This document shows, one piece after another, positions 62,327 to 64,000 of a stretch of 64,000 nucleotides of DNA. Under the pieces are notes generated by a model, which worked only from the letters and a program-made list of their open reading frames with translations, did not search any database and was not told where the DNA came from. Position 1 is the first letter of the stretch; every line of letters starts with the position of its first letter. The position numbers and the translations under genes were made by a program. This stretch comes from Candidatus Uhrbacteria bacterium. GTDB lineage: Bacteria; Patescibacteriota; Patescibacteriia; UBA9934; GWF2-40-263. The DNA lies in contig JACPHT010000008.1 of NCBI GenBank assembly GCA_016188475.1, positions 34,489 to 98,488 on the forward strand, given 5' to 3'.

Positions 62327-63671
62327 TAGCCGTTAGTTTTGCTCTTCGGAGAAATTCCTCTCTATTCTTATACGGCCCAACAACCCCTATTCCCATTCTC
62401 GAAAAATTTATCACTTCTTTTGCAACACGTTTTATATCCGAAGCTGTTTGCGAATCGATCTGTTTCAAAAACGCGTGCGGAGATTTCATACGACGATGAA
62501 ACATTTGTTGTTTTGCATACCATTCAGCTTGATGAAATGAATCCTCCATCTGAATCGCAACCTGCCCATGCAAAAATGTTTTTGCATCTTTCAACTCTTC
62601 GTCTGTGATTCCAAATCGTGCGACTGAACGCAATTCATTCATGATTGTTTTCATTGCAAGCGGAAGACGTTTTTGATCAAGTCCTGCTCGCACAATAAAA
62701 TACCCAACATCTTCGTAAGCTTCCATGTCTGTGCCAACTCGGTACGCCAACCCTCGCCGTTCACGAACTTGAATGAATAATCTCGAACTCATATTTCCAC
62801 CAAGAACTATCGAAAGCAAGCTCAAGGCTGTATTGCGGTCATCATCAATTCCGTATGACGGAAAACCAATTGTAATCTGAATCTGTTCTGTTTTTTTTGT
62901 TTGTATGCGAACGTGCGGAGCTGACTTTGAGTCTTTGCGATCTAGAAACGGCTCAAACTTTGCTCGATGATCTTTCTCTGCTTTTTTTCTTCCAAAACAT
63001 TTTTCAATTATCGTTCGCGCGTGAGAATCTATATTTCCAGACACAACCAAAACCATGTTTGAAGGAGAATAATTCGATTTGTAATACTTATATATTTCTT
63101 CACGCGACATTTCTGTAATTGTTTTGTGTGTTCCAACAACATTTCTTCCAAGAACATGACCGTCAAAAAGCGCCTCCTCAATCAAATCCTCAACATGATG
63201 TATCGGATTTTCTCGATACAAGTTGATCTCTTCAATAATAACCCCTTTCTCACGATTGATTTCTTTTTCATCAAATTTCGAATTAAAAAGCATGTCTGAC
63301 AAAATATCAAGTGAAAGTGGAAGCGCTTTACGATCTGATTTTACATAATAACCAGTAACGCATTTTGAAGTGAACGCATTGAACTCTGCGCCAATCGAAT
63401 CAAGAGCACGTGTAATTTTTTGCGTGTTCTGACGACGTTGTGTTCCTTTGAACATTAGGTGTTCCACAAAATGCGTCACACCATTCATTGAAGACGACTC
63501 GTAACGTGCTCCGATTCTAACAAAAACAAGAGCGGTCACAGTGTCTGTGCCTTTGATTGGGTTTAACAAAACACGCAAACCATTTTTTAGAGTGATGTGA
63601 TGCATAAACTTCTCTGTCATTGTAAACCCTTCGACTCCGACCAAGCATTGCCTGAGCTTGTCGAAGGCCAT
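62319..63671 (-). CDS. M16 (pitrilysin) family zinc peptidase
   Basis: HFVEHLMFKGT (HxxEH). Confidence 0.75.
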   Translation of the reverse strand: MAFDKLRQCLVGVEGFTMTEKFMHHITLKNGLRVLLNPIKGTDTVTALVFVRIGARYESSSMNGVTHFVEHLMFKGTQRRQNTQKITRALDSIGAEFNAFTSKCVTGYYVKSDRKALPLSLDILSDMLFNSKFDEKEINREKGVIIEEINLYRENPIHHVEDLIEEALFDGHVLGRNVVGTHKTITEMSREEIYKYYKSNYSPSNMVLVVSGNIDSHARTIIEKCFGRKKAEKDHRAKFEPFLDRKDSKSAPHVRIQTKKTEQIQITIGFPSYGIDDDRNTALSLLSIVLGGNMSSRLFIQVRERRGLAYRVGTDMEAYEDVGYFIVRAGLDQKRLPLAMKTIMNELRSVARFGITDEELKDAKTFLHGQVAIQMEDSFHQAEWYAKQQMFHRRMKSPHAFLKQIDSQTASDIKRVAKEVINFSRMGIGVVGPYKNREEFLRRAKLTANG

Positions 63672-63711
63672 ACTTGGTCTTCGCTAAGGGAATAATTATT
63701 TCAAGCATCAT
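63625..63711. repeat. Rearranged copy of the ATTGCCTGAGC...GTCGAAGGC repeat family (ccttcgac...cattgcctgagcttgtcgaaggcc...tcttcgctaagggaataattattt)
   Basis: Seen directly. Confidence 0.6.
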
Positions 63712-64000
63712 TGTAATTCTTTTTCAAACCACTGTTCCAACTCGTCAATTTTTATTCGCACTTGTTTCATTGAATCACGATCGCGAATCGTAACAGCGTG
63801 ATCATTAAGCGAATCAAAATCAATCGTCACACAATATGGCGTTCCTATTTCATCTTGACGGCGATATCGTTTCCCGATTGATTGCGTTTCGTCATAATCA
63901 ACCGACCATCTTGCGCGCAACTTTTCAGCAATCGGTTCAGCAACAGCATTCAGTTCTGGCTTTTTGGAAAGAGGAAGAATTGCGATCTTGAACGGCGCAA
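63708..64000 (-). CDS. Glycine--tRNA ligase (class II, archaeal/eukaryal type), C-terminal anticodon-binding part; the gene continues beyond the window
   Basis: [25 protein letters not shown]...[19 protein letters not shown]. Confidence 0.6.
   Translation of the reverse strand, partial: APFKIAILPLSKKPELNAVAEPIAEKLRARWSVDYDETQSIGKRYRRQDEIGTPYCVTIDFDSLNDHAVTIRDRDSMKQVRIKIDELEQWFEKELQ

Overview
This 64-kb window is an AT-rich (roughly 35% GC by eye) bacterial chromosomal segment, almost entirely minus-strand housekeeping genes. The gene content includes a reduced division/cell-wall cluster (murD, Mur ligase, ftsW, murG, mraY, ftsEX, ftsB-like), archaeal-type NMNAT, bifunctional PGI/PMI, a four-helix-bundle protein and many tRNAs. 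I infer a small-genome CPR/Patescibacteria-like organism, but cannot confirm this from the sequence alone. Several GC-elevated islets are embedded in it:

- **26300-36730 (main novelty candidate).** A modular island with four near-identical sigma70-type promoters (TTGACA-N17-TAAAAx), each preceded by an intrinsic terminator. It encodes an HhH/Zn-ribbon protein, a full-length RuvB paralog translationally coupled to a JAMM/JAB peptidase, a minimal E1-like (ThiF/MoeB) enzyme, and a Rho_N-beta-grasp ubiquitin-like protein with a short C-terminal tail. Two paralogous ~900-aa proteins with no recognisable domains follow. No E2 was recognised.
- **1-3300.** A retron-type reverse transcriptase (NAxxH and VTG motifs, QGxxSP, YxDD). 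The usual upstream ncRNA is absent. Instead a ~700-bp, densely hairpinned, GC-rich non-coding region lies downstream of the RT, carrying three 43-bp palindromic direct repeats. A MoxR/AAA_5-like ATPase follows.
- **57043-59170.** A MotA/ExbB-like protein with a TM/coiled-coil partner, and an RRM protein.
- **15966-16750 and 21640-22440.** Small GC-rich islets of unknown function.

Other notable points:

- Eight tRNAs plus a disrupted tandem tRNA-Lys copy.
- A PAS histidine-kinase gene sits on the opposite strand, flanked by 59-bp direct repeats that duplicate the start of a neighbouring gene.
- An HTH+LAGLIDADG-like ORF is wedged between tRNAs.
- At least five families of interspersed hairpin/MITE-like repeats, two of which show compensatory base changes suggestive of structured RNAs.

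All functional calls rest on motif recognition by eye; no searches were run.
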